Origin: Octopus sinensis
Lineage: Eukaryota
DNA: 64,000 bases
Direction: 5' to 3'
NCBI RefSeq assembly: GCF_006345805.1
Contig: NC_043004.1
Span: 3,472,001-3,536,000 of the forward strand
Shown here piece after piece: positions 12,613-24,339 of this stretch. Position 1 is the first letter of the stretch, and each line of letters starts with the position of its first letter. A program made the translations under genes and the position numbers. The notes under the pieces are model-generated. The model was given only the letters and a program-made list of their open reading frames with translations. It did no database searches and was not told where the DNA came from.

Positions 12613-12974
12613 TGTTTGGCTTTTGCATTGTATTTGTACAAGTTGGCTCCAAGTCTCACCCAAAGACCTCAAGAGACAACAAGTTAGAAGTTCAGGCTGT
12701 TGTTTTGCACGTAGAGAATGTTTAAGAAAACACTGAGTTCACAGTAAGGTAAAAGCAAGCTTTATGTGCCATTTGTTGGTAGAGCACTGTAACTTCAGGA
12801 ATATATCCAATCTAAACCGGAGATCCGACTTGGGTCTGGCTGAAGGCGTGGCGTATGTATAAAAGAACACAAAATTTACTACAGCTGTTTCGGTAGCATT
12901 TTATTAATGCATTCTTAGATTACATCAAAACACAAATGGGTGTATGTGTGTATGTATGTATATGCATTTATGTC

Positions 12975-13034
<60 letters not shown>

Positions 13035-13908
13035 CATATAATTATGTGTGCGTGCGTGTGTACATATTTGTCCTAGGTGTGATACTAAACCATATCCGGT
13101 GGTGAGGCACCAGTTCGAGAGTTCTGGGGTTCTGGGGAGAATGGAGATCCCCTTAAGTCGCCGTTACTCCAAAGATCGCTCTGACCCGAGCTCGTACTAC
13201 ATGTCAAGGTCGCATGTGTGAGTTTAATAGTGTTAGTGGCGAGACATACTGGACAGTAGCTACCCACCAGCCTGGGTAACTGCCAACTCAAGGTAACTGC
13301 CCTCCCTTGAGCATCTGAAGAAAGCATTTTAGCCAGAGACTAGAAGAAGGAAACTCTGAATTAAAACCTAAACCTGAGGACCTCGCTAACACTTGCCCAG
13401 CTTGCTGGGCAATGGCCTATGAATCCCGGGGGAAAAGAGTGGCACCAGTTCAGCACACTGCATGTCACCTAGTGGCTGCACTGCGCAAGCTCGAAGGGCA
13501 CGTCCGCAACCATCAATCCCAAGTCTTGTAGCGATGGGAAAGGAACACAAATGGCAGTTGAAAGATGACGCTGGAAGGACCGCAATACCACGTCATCACA
13601 TCCTGACTAGACCTTCAACTGCAACCACTGCGGCCGTGCTTGCCTATCCCGCATTGGCGTGCCGACGGAGAACGTGAACCAGCCCCTTTTGAATCTCCGT
13701 TCACAAAATCAGAGAGAGATAGTGAACTTATACATAGGCATATTCATACACGGGCATATAAAGAAAGGGAGGTGGAGAGAGAAAAGGAGAAGAAATTAGA
13801 AGGAAGGAATGAAAGAATGAGATAACGAATGAATCTACAGTGTCGAATATTACTTTTAATCTAAGATCGGAATAAAATCTTGCTTTCATTATTTTATTGC
13901 TTAACCAA

Positions 13909-13971
13909 GGCGGCGAGCTGGCAGAAACGTTAGCGCGCCGGACGAAATGCTGAGCGGTATTTCGTCTGTCG
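13909..13971 (+). mobile_element. 5' head of tRNA-derived SINE family A, interrupted by the LINE
   Basis: GGCGGCGAGCTGGCAGAAACGTTAGC...GAAATGCTGAGCGGTATTTCGTCTGTCG matches uninterrupted heads at 24340, 27839 and 62365. Confidence 0.9.
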
Positions 13972-14134
13972 CACATGTGTTCGTGAAGTAAGAATTGCTG
14001 TTTCGTGGTGTTAATATTGTTAACAACTGTTGTTTCTTGTTAAACTGTTGAATAACTTAACTGTTGGAGTTTTCAATTGAAAACACTTAGTGCTTGTGGT
14101 AGCACGCGTTGTTCATTCCCCTTTGGGGGGAAGA

Positions 14135-15663
14135 ATGTCGTCTAGCATGGAGCCTACCGTTGGAGCAGAAATACTTGTTTCTCCTGTTGAGAGGAGGAAA
14201 TACATGTCCGGCGAGGAGCCAACTACAGACAAGGAAATAGGGGTTTCCCCCGCTACAAGAAGGAATAGCAGAGAGGATAATATATTTGATATTTTTGGAG
14301 ATGTGTCTGAGAGCTCGTCAGAACTTTCACCAGAAGAGTTTCCGACTTTGCCAGAGAACAAAGGCATTGTGTCGAAGAGAATAATTGATGTGCCTAGCAT
14401 CCAGATAGAACCAAAAAAAGGAAAAAAAAGTTTTGCGTTGGCTGCTGGGGGTGGAACCCAGATACTGTCGACGAATAAAAGCGAAATTATGAAATACAGC
14501 AAAATGATGGAAATAAATGACAACAGTGTGAAAATTGAACCTCCGCAAAAGTTATTACAGGAAGAAAAGCAAAAAACAATAATTTTCAAAACATATTGTC
14601 TACAAAATAGAAAAATTGAAAGAATGTCAGAAGAGAAAATAGAAAAGTGCTTAAAGCCAATATTGGGCGACGTAGTATTTCTGAGAAGAGGAAAAAAATT
14701 CGGAACGGTGGAAGTAAGGTTCACCAATAAAGAAATAGCACACAAGAACTCAGTGGAAACGTTGAAAACGAACGACGTGGAGTTAATACCCTATTATATG
14801 GGGATGAGGACGTCGCGAATAAAAATTACAAGGGTCCCGCCAGAGGTCGAACCTATGTGGTTGTTGGCGGCAGTCCTAATCAAAGAGGTAGAAAAAATTA
14901 CTCTCCTCCAGGCTACCGCTACGGAAAACCCACGCTGGGATGGTAAAACATTAATCTTCTCATTCAAGCGGACCCTAAAATAATTCAAACAATTCCTGAG
15001 ACAATTGAGGTAGGGGAGGAGAACCTCGTGGTGTTTGTTGAGGGCCGAAAACCTCGATGTTTTTTATGTGGTCAATTAGGCCACATTCGAAGGAACTGCA
15101 AGGAAAATGAAGAAGAGGAGGAAGAGGAGAAAAAAGACAAAGAGGAAGAAGATAAAGAAGAAACAGATGAGAAAAAAACAACAAACAAAAGAAAAATACA
15201 ACCAGCAACCCAGCCGAGAGCGGCGACTACTACAGAACAACGACCAAAAAAGACTGCCAGAAGAGAAAAAGAAGAAAAAGGCATAATAGCCGTATACACT
15301 AAAGATACTGAGCTCATGAGAGACATTCAACTCATAAAGACTGTAAAAAAAATTGATAACCTTTCAGAGGAATTTATCAATTACGACATATATGAAGTCT
15401 CAAATAAGACTTATAGAATTCTACAAAATAAGTACAGAAAGACTGTATCTTCATTGAGATTAGATTTTAACAAGTCGATATTTCATGGATTACCAGCTCC
15501 GATCCCGCGAGAAAAGGAAAAGGTGGAGATTCCCCCTCCACCTGATAATTCTGTGTCGGTGGTGAGACGGGATTTTGACAAATCTATTTCCCAAGACCGT
15601 CCACCTCCGACCCTGGATAAAAAAAAGGTGGAGGGTCCCCCTCCACCGGACAATCCTAATTAA
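14135..15663 (+). pseudogene. Tx1 ORF1 with one frameshift near 14960
   Basis: ORFs 14090-14983 and 15028-15663. Zinc knuckle CFLCGQLGHIRRNC, acidic linker, Pro-rich C-terminal repeats. Confidence 0.85.
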
Positions 15664-15671
15664 ACAGGTAA

Positions 15672-18600
15672 GTGATGGCTATTCACATTGGTTGTTTAAA
15701 TGTTCATGGCCTGTTGTCAAGCTGGAAGCAAGGACGCTTTCTGAATGACATCAGGTCGAGAAATTTGGATGTAATTGTTGCAACGGAAACCCGGGTGAAG
15801 GGGCCAAGAGATCTGCTCCCCCTCCTGAACGGCTACGAGAAATACGTTTCTCCGAGTCGGGCGGGAGGTGGGGGTGGGGTGTTGGTCCTACTAAAAAGAA
15901 ACCGGGTAGCCGAGAAAAAGTTGGTTTTTTCTGACCCAGAAGGCAGGCTGGTCGTTCTCGACTTGACATTCAGTTGTGGCAAGACAATCAGGCTGGTCGC
16001 TATTTATGCACCAAACATTATTGGCCCGCAAACTGAATATTTTCGTGGCCTAGGAAAGTTCCTAGCCACGTCGCATTCACTAGTAGTGTTAGGAGACTCT
16101 AATACAATATGTGCAGCACACACAGATTGTGTTGGCTCAAACTCGAACATGAACAGAAAATGTAACACAGGCTTTCGGGATCTGCTAAGTCAATTTCAGC
16201 TAGCAGATCCATATAGGTTGGAGCACCCGAACACTCCACAGTGGACGTGGTCAAATAGTGACGGGTCTACCAGAACATATCTAGATAGGATTTTAATTAG
16301 AGAAAAAGATAAGTCCATAGTTGAGTGTCCACAGTTTTTTCTAGTCAGCTACAGTGACCACAAGATGGTTACCTGTAAACTGACGGTAGATAAGTTGCAT
16401 AGACAGGGATCTGGCTACTGGAAACTCAATACGTCCCTTTTGGCGATTGAGGAGTACAGAAAGCGGATCAAGATGTTAATACAGAGGGCATTAACAGGTA
16501 CCATCATTAATAACAAATGGTGGTACGCCCTAAAAAGAGCCATCAAATATGAGTCTATTAGGTTTAGCATAAGTTTAGCTAAGAAGGGACGTAAAATAGG
16601 AGATGGTCTAGTTAAGGAACTAGAAGAAGCCTGGAGGACTGGTAATACAGACCAAGCGAGGGTGAAAAGACTGGAGTTAAACCAGCATCTTGAAGCCCAC
16701 CACATGGGAAGTATTACCAGAGCTAAGTTACGTGCAATGGGAAGTGAAGGAATCAAAGCCGCTGGATGGGCCCGAGTGGTGGAAGCTCGGCAAGGAAATA
16801 GTTCCTCTATTCGGTCTTTGACGAATCAAAATGGTGTCTTGATAAACGAACCCGAGAAAATGTGTGAGGTCTTTCGGGAGTACTTCGCCCAGCTGTTCGG
16901 GGGTGACGGCGGTCCTGGTGGTGGGAGAGCCCTCGAGGACTTTCTTACCGGGCTGCCGTGCCTCTCGGGGTCGGATGCGGAGTCTTGCGAAGGGCCAATC
17001 ACACTTGAGGAGGTGATGGAGGCTTTGGCCGATTGTAAAGCGGGTAAGTCACCGGGACTTGATGGTCTTCCGTACGAGCTGTATAAATGTATGCCAGACT
17101 TGTTCGGGCAACTACTGACTGACGTGTACGCGAACTGGAAACAGAATGGGTTTATCCCCAGATCTGTGCGCCGGGGAGTAGTGACGTTGGTCAGAAAGGA
17201 CCCGGACAAGGGGGACGTTCTAGAGAATTTCAGGCCCATCACTCTGTTAAACGCAGAAGTGAAGATTTTGGCCAAGGTTCTAGCAAAAAGGTTGGCGCGT
17301 GTCGCGAATGGTATAGTCGGGGAGGCACAGACATGTGCCATCCCAGGCAGAACCATTCAGGATACCCTCCATCTTATTCGCTATACCATAGAGAGGTTTG
17401 GTAATAAATCTGGCAAAGGTGGGGCATTGGTGCATTTGGACCAGTCTAAAGCTTTTGATAGGGTTGACCATCGATACCTAGCGACTGTACTTGCGCGGTT
17501 TGGCCTGGGCCTTGGCTTCCTCAGGTGGTTTATCGCTTTGTACCACAACATTGACTCGATAGTTCGGGTGAACGGTTTCCTTTCGAAGCCGTTCTGCATC
17601 AGACGCTCGGTTCGTCAAGGATGTCCGCTTTCACCACTTTTGTATGTGATGGCTCTCGAGCCATTACTGCAAAGGTTGAGTGGCATCCCGAGAGAACCAG
17701 GACTAGAGGAGTTTGTTACGGCTTTCGCGGATGATATCACTATCAGTGTAACCACAGTGGTACGCCTACGTGAAGTAGGTAAGACTATTGAGGCTTACGA
17801 GGAGGTAGCAGGAGCAAAGATTAACCGGGAAAAGTCGGTCGGCTTGCAGCTCGGCACCTGGGTTGGCAAGTCGATGCCTTCAGACAGTGTTGTTAGGCGC
17901 TGGACGGAGGGACCGGTTAAGTTGCTGGGAGTCTGGTTTGGACCAGGCCTCCAGATAGAGAAGAACTGGACGGAGGTATTGAGCAGGGTGGCTGCAGTAG
18001 TCAAGACTTGGTCTTGGCGGTGGCTATCCCTGAAAGGGAGGGCGGAAGTGGCCAATGTGTTTATCGCATCGGTCATTACCTACCGCCTGACTGTCGTGCC
18101 CTGTCCGGATTCGTGGTTGATCAGGTTGGAGAGACAGCTCTTTCGCTTTTTGTGGAAGGGCAGGTCGCCACTTGTGAAACGCTCTGTCTGCTGTCAAAAG
18201 CCTTTAAATGGAGGTTTAGGGATGCCTTGGTTAATGATGCGCAGACATGCGTTGAGGTTGAGGCACCTCTGGATTCTCCTGGATAGTGAACGGGTGTGGT
18301 CTCCGCTGGCCAGACAAATGTTCCCTGAGTTCAAGAGTTTTTGCGAACAGGAAGCCTGGTGTTCTCGTAGACCGAGGTCGAGTGAGTGGCATAAAGAGTG
18401 CCGTAAGGCCCTCTTGCTGTTCCGGCGCTCGGGCAACGCCAGCGGTGGGGGTTCCACACGGATTTTATATAGTGGGTTGGTAGAGTCTGAATGCGACGAT
18501 GGCCTGGGGTCGACTCTAGGTCTCGGATTTATTCAACTGGACAGCTTGTTTCATCGTACATTCGGGTTGAGAACGTTGGACAACTTCCAAAAGTCCTTAA

Positions 18601-19076
18601 CCTGGCAATGCTACAGAGGTGCCTTGCCCGTTTGGGATAAGCTCGCAAGACATGGTAAACGTCAGTCGCCGACCTGTCCAAGATGCGGTGGGGACAGGGA
18701 AACCGTCCCTCACGCTATTGTTCAGTGTCCGGAGATAACTGAAATGTGGGCTTATGCTGAACATCTGTTGTCCGGCGAAGGAAGAGTACGGCTGTCGACT
18801 GAGTCAATTATAAAAATTGACCCACCGGGAGTTCTAACGAACGAAGGTAAGAATTGTTTTCTCACGGTTGTAGCAATAGCAAAAGAGGCTGTATGGAATA
18901 CTAGGATAAAAGGAATTAAGACAGGCAACTTTATCTCTGGTGACAATTTACGATCCTTTTTTTCTTTTCATTTGAAAAGGAAACTGTGGCTGGAGAAGAG
19001 GTGTCTGTCAGAGTGTACGTTCCAAAAGAGATGGAAGTATGTTGCACGAGTGTTGTGCGTGCAAGGAACCGTGTGA
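15672..19076 (+). CDS. Tx1 ORF2: APE endonuclease-reverse transcriptase, 1134 aa, uninterrupted
   Basis: LNVHGL, ATET, GDSN, YLDRI, SDH; KSPGLDG, FRPITLLN, DQSKAFD, RQGCPLSP, FADD; CPRC..ETVPH..C. Confidence 0.95.
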   Translation: MMAIHIGCLNVHGLLSSWKQGRFLNDIRSRNLDVIVATETRVKGPRDLLPLLNGYEKYVSPSRAGGGGGVLVLLKRNRVAEKKLVFSDPEGRLVVLDLTFSCGKTIRLVAIYAPNIIGPQTEYFRGLGKFLATSHSLVVLGDSNTICAAHTDCVGSNSNMNRKCNTGFRDLLSQFQLADPYRLEHPNTPQWTWSNSDGSTRTYLDRILIREKDKSIVECPQFFLVSYSDHKMVTCKLTVDKLHRQGSGYWKLNTSLLAIEEYRKRIKMLIQRALTGTIINNKWWYALKRAIKYESIRFSISLAKKGRKIGDGLVKELEEAWRTGNTDQARVKRLELNQHLEAHHMGSITRAKLRAMGSEGIKAAGWARVVEARQGNSSSIRSLTNQNGVLINEPEKMCEVFREYFAQLFGGDGGPGGGRALEDFLTGLPCLSGSDAESCEGPITLEEVMEALADCKAGKSPGLDGLPYELYKCMPDLFGQLLTDVYANWKQNGFIPRSVRRGVVTLVRKDPDKGDVLENFRPITLLNAEVKILAKVLAKRLARVANGIVGEAQTCAIPGRTIQDTLHLIRYTIERFGNKSGKGGALVHLDQSKAFDRVDHRYLATVLARFGLGLGFLRWFIALYHNIDSIVRVNGFLSKPFCIRRSVRQGCPLSPLLYVMALEPLLQRLSGIPREPGLEEFVTAFADDITISVTTVVRLREVGKTIEAYEEVAGAKINREKSVGLQLGTWVGKSMPSDSVVRRWTEGPVKLLGVWFGPGLQIEKNWTEVLSRVAAVVKTWSWRWLSLKGRAEVANVFIASVITYRLTVVPCPDSWLIRLERQLFRFLWKGRSPLVKRSVCCQKPLNGGLGMPWLMMRRHALRLRHLWILLDSERVWSPLARQMFPEFKSFCEQEAWCSRRPRSSEWHKECRKALLLFRRSGNASGGGSTRILYSGLVESECDDGLGSTLGLGFIQLDSLFHRTFGLRTLDNFQKSLTWQCYRGALPVWDKLARHGKRQSPTCPRCGGDRETVPHAIVQCPEITEMWAYAEHLLSGEGRVRLSTESIIKIDPPGVLTNEGKNCFLTVVAIAKEAVWNTRIKGIKTGNFISGDNLRSFFSFHLKRKLWLEKRCLSECTFQKRWKYVARVLCVQGTV

Positions 19077-19325
19077 ATAGACGAGGAAAAAAAAAAAAAA
19101 AGGAAAAATAAAAAGGTATCAGCGGTAGATCGGGGCTTGTGGGATCGGAGCGTAACTTGATCATCGCTTCATTTGTATTGTTTTTGTACTGTGTATTCCA
19201 TTCGATTTTTATGTATTGTATTTTATTTTTGATGTCACATTTATGTAAAATCATATCGATTCACTGATCCCATCAGTTGTACTGTCCATATCTATGTTTG
19301 GCCCCCGGTGGGCAATAAAGAAATT

Positions 19326-20005
19326 GGTATTTCGTCTGCCGTTACGTTCTCAGTTCAAATTCCGCCGAGGTCGACTTTGCCTTTCATTCTTTCGGGGTCG
19401 ATAAATTAAGTACCAGTTACGCACTGGGGTCGATGTAATCGACTTAATACCTACGTCTGTCCTTGTTTGTCCCCTCTATGTTTAGCCCCTTGTGGGTAAT
19501 AAAGAAATAGGTATTTCGCCTGTCTTTACGTTCTCAGTTCGAATTCCGTCGAAGTCGACTTTGCCTTTCATCCTTTCGGGGTCGATAAATTAAGTACCAG
19601 TTACGCACTGGGGTCGATGTAATCGACTTAATACCTACGTCTGTCCTTGTTTATCCCCTCTATGTTTAGCCCCTTGTGGGTAATAAAGAAATAGGTATTT
19701 CGCCTGTCTTTACGTTCTCAGTTCGAATTCCGTCGAAGTCGACTTTGCCTTTCATCCTTTCGGGGTCGATAAATTAAGTACCAGTTACGCACTGGGGTCG
19801 ATGTAATCGACTTAATACCTACGTCTGTCTTTGTTTGTCCCCTCTATGTTTAGCCCCTTGTGGGTAATAAAGAAATAGGTATTTCGCCTGTCGTTACGTT
19901 CTCAGTTCGAATTCCGTCGAAGTCGACTTTGCCTTTCATCCTTTCGGGGTCGATGAATTACGTACCAGTTGCATACTGAGGTCGATCTAACCGACTTGCC
20001 CCCGA
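19326..20005 (+). repeat. Tandem array of SINE family A: three 184-bp units plus the remainder of the host SINE
   Basis: Units start at GGTATTTCG at 19326, 19510, 19694 and 19878. Each full unit ends in AATAAAGAAATA. Confidence 0.92.
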
Positions 20006-20149
20006 ATATATATGTGTGTGTGTGTGTGTGTGTAGTAACGTATGTATGCACGTATCTGTGTATATTTGAATATAATGGTGTATGTTTTTGCGCGTGTCTA
20101 TTTTTATAAATAATATATAAATGTATATATACATATATATACACACACA

Positions 20150-20192
<43 letters not shown>

Positions 20193-20458
20193 CAATATAC
20201 TGTATGTATATTGTTTTCTATATCTTCCTCTTTTATTTAAACACACAGGTCAAAACGACGTCACCAATTCTGTGACGAACCAACATCAGTTTCGCTGCTC
20301 AATAATCGTCTACAATACATACATTTATACATACATACATGTGTGTGCGTGTGTGTGTATGTACTTAAATACATAAATGCATATGTATATATATTTATAC
20401 ATATCTATAAACAAATAAATTAATATACATATATATCAACAGATATATATGTAAAGTA

Positions 20459-20494
<36 letters not shown>

Positions 20495-21348
20495 AGTAAA
20501 TAAATATATGTGTGTGTGTGTGTGTTAGTATGTGTGTGCATTTGTATATTTACACATATATCTATAAACATTTATATGCAATACATATGTATATACTTAT
20601 ACATACGTACATACACACACACGCATATATATATTATATATATCATATATAAATATAAATATATAAATATATAAATATATATATATTTTATATATATATA
20701 TATTATATATATATATTATATATATATATAGGCACACATTTACGAGAGATAAGTAGAAGAAGAAGAGGAGAAGGAGGGAGCCATCAATATTGATAGTGAA
20801 GTTGAATCCCAGAGGGGGAGAGACGACTGGTATTTGTGATTCTATCGGTTATTGGAAGAAGCCTATCTCTCTTCCGTTGAGGCTAATTTCCTCCAGGTAG
20901 ATGTGAAATGCTGTAATATTGAACATTAATTACACTTCTTCCGCTGATAGCGTAATATTCCTCCACCTTACAATCACCTTTCCTATCTCTCTCTCTCTCT
21001 CTCTTTCTTTCTCCACAATCTCTCTCCCCCTCCCCCCCCCTCTCTCGCTCTTTCTCTGTTTCTTTCTATCTTTTATTTATCTCTTCCTATCTTGTTCTGT
21101 CTTTCCCGATTCCCCCCCCCATATCTCTCTCTCTTTTCCTGACACACACACATACGTCTTTATGTGTGTGTGAGTGTGTGTGTATGAATATATTATATTA
21201 TATATGTCTATGTATCTTTTCATGTATGTGTGTGTGTGTGTGTGTGTGTGTTTATGTGTGCGTGTATGTGTAACTCACTATTTCTATATTCCTTATATAT
21301 TTTCTTTATAACCACATTCCTTGTTTTCTCTCTCTGTCTGTCTGTTTG

Positions 21349-21407
<59 letters not shown>

Positions 21408-21584
21408 CAATCTCTCTCCAATGATCGCTCCCACACTGTCTTCTTAACCTGAACTTTTATTCTCTAACTGATTGACTTGTAACAACTGCTACGAATCACT
21501 TTTACACATAAAAAAAAAATGGTGGGAAGTATATCTATTTCGTTATAGCAGAAACAAAACATACATACGGACACACACACACAC

Positions 21585-23078
21585 TCATACACACACACAC
21601 ACACACAATCAACAAACAACCAAACAACCAAACAATCCTTTGATAATATCAACGAAAGTTTGTTCTATTTCTTCCACAATTGTTTCTCTAGATTTATGAG
21701 ATTTATGCTATTCTATGATTCCTGTTAATTTTCCGACATTATTTGGCGTTGCCTTTCAAATTCTTTGCGCTTGTTTTTTTTTTCTTGTTTTTTTTTTTTT
21801 TTTTGTATATTGTTTTGCTTTGTTTTATTTCGGGATGTGTGTTTTTTTTTTGTAATTTGCTAGGAATTATCTTGCATATTTATTGCAAAATTAGGACGGA
21901 ATATAATGGAAAATCGCTATCAAAACTTCGGATTAATTTGAGCAGAGAATATGATATCTACCAATGTGATGTTTGCCATGAGGTTTTCTGCTCTTATTGT
22001 TTTCACATCTCTGTCGATCGGTGTCACGTGTATTACCTTGTAGTTAACCCTTAGAAAACGGAATTGGTTTCCTTCAAACCAACGAATGGATCTAAACATC
22101 TTGGTTGTACGAAAAATTTCTTTCATTCATATTTCCTACACTCTTTCTCTTTTACTTGTTTCACTCATTTGACTGCGGCCGTGCTGGAGCACCGCCTTTA
22201 GTCGAAGAAATCGAACCCCAGGACTTATTCTTTGTAAGCCTAGTACTTATTCTATCGGTCTCTTTTGCCAAACCGCTAAGTTACAGGGACGCAAACACAC
22301 CAGCATCGGTTGTCAAGCGATGTTGGGGGACAAACACACACACACACACACACACACAATCAACAAACAACCAAACAACCAAACAATCCTTTGATAATAT
22401 CAACGAAAGTTTGTTCTATTTCTTCCACAATTGTTTCTCTAGATTTATGAGATTTATGCTATTCTATGATTCCTGTTAATTTTCCGACATTATTTGGCGT
22501 TGCCTTTCAAATTCTTTGCGCTTGTTTTTTTTTCTTGTTTTTTTTTTTTTTTGTATATTGTTTTGCTTTGTTTTATTTCGGGATGTGTGTTTTTTTTTTG
22601 TAATTTGCTAGGAATTATCTTGCATATTTATTGCAAAATTAGGACGGAATATAATGGAAAATCGCTATCAAAACTTCGGATTAATTTGAGCAGAGAATAT
22701 GATATCTACCAATGTGATGTTTGCCATGAGGTTTTCTGCTCTTATTGTTTTCACATCTCTGTCGATCGGTGTCACGTGTATTACCTTGTAGTTAACCCTT
22801 AGAAAACGGAATTGGTTTCCTTCAAACCAACGAATGGATCTAAACATCTTGGTTGTACGAAAAATTTCTTTCATTCATATTTCCTACACTCTTTCTCTTT
22901 TACTTGTTTCACTCATTTGACTGCGGCCGTGCTGGAGCACCGCCTTTAGTCGAAGAAATCGAACCCCAGGACTTATTCTTTGTAAGCCTAGTACTTATTC
23001 TATCGGTCTCTTTTGCCAAACCGCTAAGTTACAGGGACGCAAACACACCAGCATCGGTTGTCAAGCGATGTTGGGGGA

Positions 23079-23085
<7 letters not shown>
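21585..23085 (+). repeat. Tandem duplication of ~750 bp with breakpoints in (CA)n
   Basis: Identical ORF translations 748 bp apart (21920/22668, 22105/22853). Each unit includes a SINE B 3' fragment. Confidence 0.9.
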
Positions 23086-23115
<30 letters not shown>

Positions 23116-23160
23116 ACACATACATACATACATACGTACGTACGTACATACATACATACA

Positions 23161-23219
<59 letters not shown>

Positions 23220-23223
23220 TATA

Positions 23224-23267
<44 letters not shown>

Positions 23268-23807
23268 GACGAGCTTCTTTCAGTTTCCGTCAACCAAATC
23301 CACTCAGAAGGCTTTGGTCGGCCCGAGGCTATAGTTGAAGACACTTGCCCAAGGTTCCATGCAGTGGGACTGAACCCAGAACCATGTGGTTACATTTTCT
23401 GCAAGGGAAAACAACAATATTTCTAACATAAGCACAATGCCACATATTTCGATGTATTTGGCCGGTATTTGCATAACTGACCCCAGGATGGTGAAAAACA
23501 AGGATTAAATACTGAAATAGGATTAAATACTGCAGACATTTTACTCGGAACTGGGGTGGTTCTTTAATCTCAAAGTCATTAGATGTTTTAAATCTTGGCA
23601 CTACAAGACCAGCGGTTTTGCGAGGAAGAGAATATTCGGTTACATCGACCCAAAGTACTTCATTGGTACTTTATTTTATCGACCCCCAAGGGATGCAAGA
23701 ATAAGCTGGTCTCGGTGGCAATTGAACTCAGAACGTAAAAGGTCGGACAAAATGCTGCAAAGCAATATTTCAGACCCTCGAACGAGTCTGCTAACGCACC
23801 TCCTTTA

Positions 23808-24183
23808 TTATTACCTCCACCTTCGCTAAGGCGGAGGTATTGTTTTCAGTCATGTTTGTTTGTTTGTTTGTCTGTAGACATGATATCTCAAGAACCACTG
23901 GATGAATTAATATGAAAATTTTAGGGATGTTTGGCCTTGTGACTGGCACGAACTGATTAGATTTTGGGATCGATCTGATACTGGACAAGAATTTTGGATT
24001 ATATTTCCGGTTTTTTTTTTTTTAATTAATTTTTGAGAGCGGTCGGTTTCATATTTAGTATTTTCGTTTGTGAGAGCGGTCGAGTTTATTTCAGATATTC
24101 TCATTTTAAAAATCAACTCTGGCTAATCGTTGACTGGACGTTGGTGTTGCCTTGGCGGAGGTTTGCGCTCTCTGAGTGTTCTT
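23808..24183 (+). mobile_element. Non-autonomous Helentron/HINE (DINE-1-like) element
   Basis: 5' ACCTCCACCTTCGCTAAGGCGGAGGT hairpin/subTIR, internal (GTTT)n, 3' subTIR CCTTGGCGGAGGT, then hairpin GCGCTCTCTGAGTGT. TT-rich flanks. Confidence 0.7.
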
Positions 24184-24339
24184 ATTATTATTGTTATTAT
24201 TTCTGCCAGCTCGCCGCCTTTGAATTAGAAAATATTGTATTCGTAATGGAATATATAATGCTTAGAGTGGAAAGAGAGTTAAAACTAATATGTATTTTGA
24301 GCTATTAAATTATATTAATGATAGTTTTTTACTTTCTAA

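Larger units (their letters stand above)
13972..19325 (+). mobile_element. Full-length L1/Tx1-clade non-LTR retrotransposon (Tx1 family 2)
   Basis: ORF1, intact ORF2, and a 3' UTR ending GGCCCCCGGTGGGCAATAAAGAAATT. 16-bp TSD GGTATTTCGTCTG(T/C)CG at 13956-13971 and 19326-19341. Confidence 0.95.

Noticed and set aside
13075-13680. RTE-like 5' UTR or HDV-like ribozyme
   Set aside because: There is a vague resemblance only, and I could not build the fold or find an ORF.
19326-20005. CRISPR-like array or classical satellite
   Set aside because: No unique spacers and no cas genes. The units are SINE bodies found dispersed elsewhere in the window.
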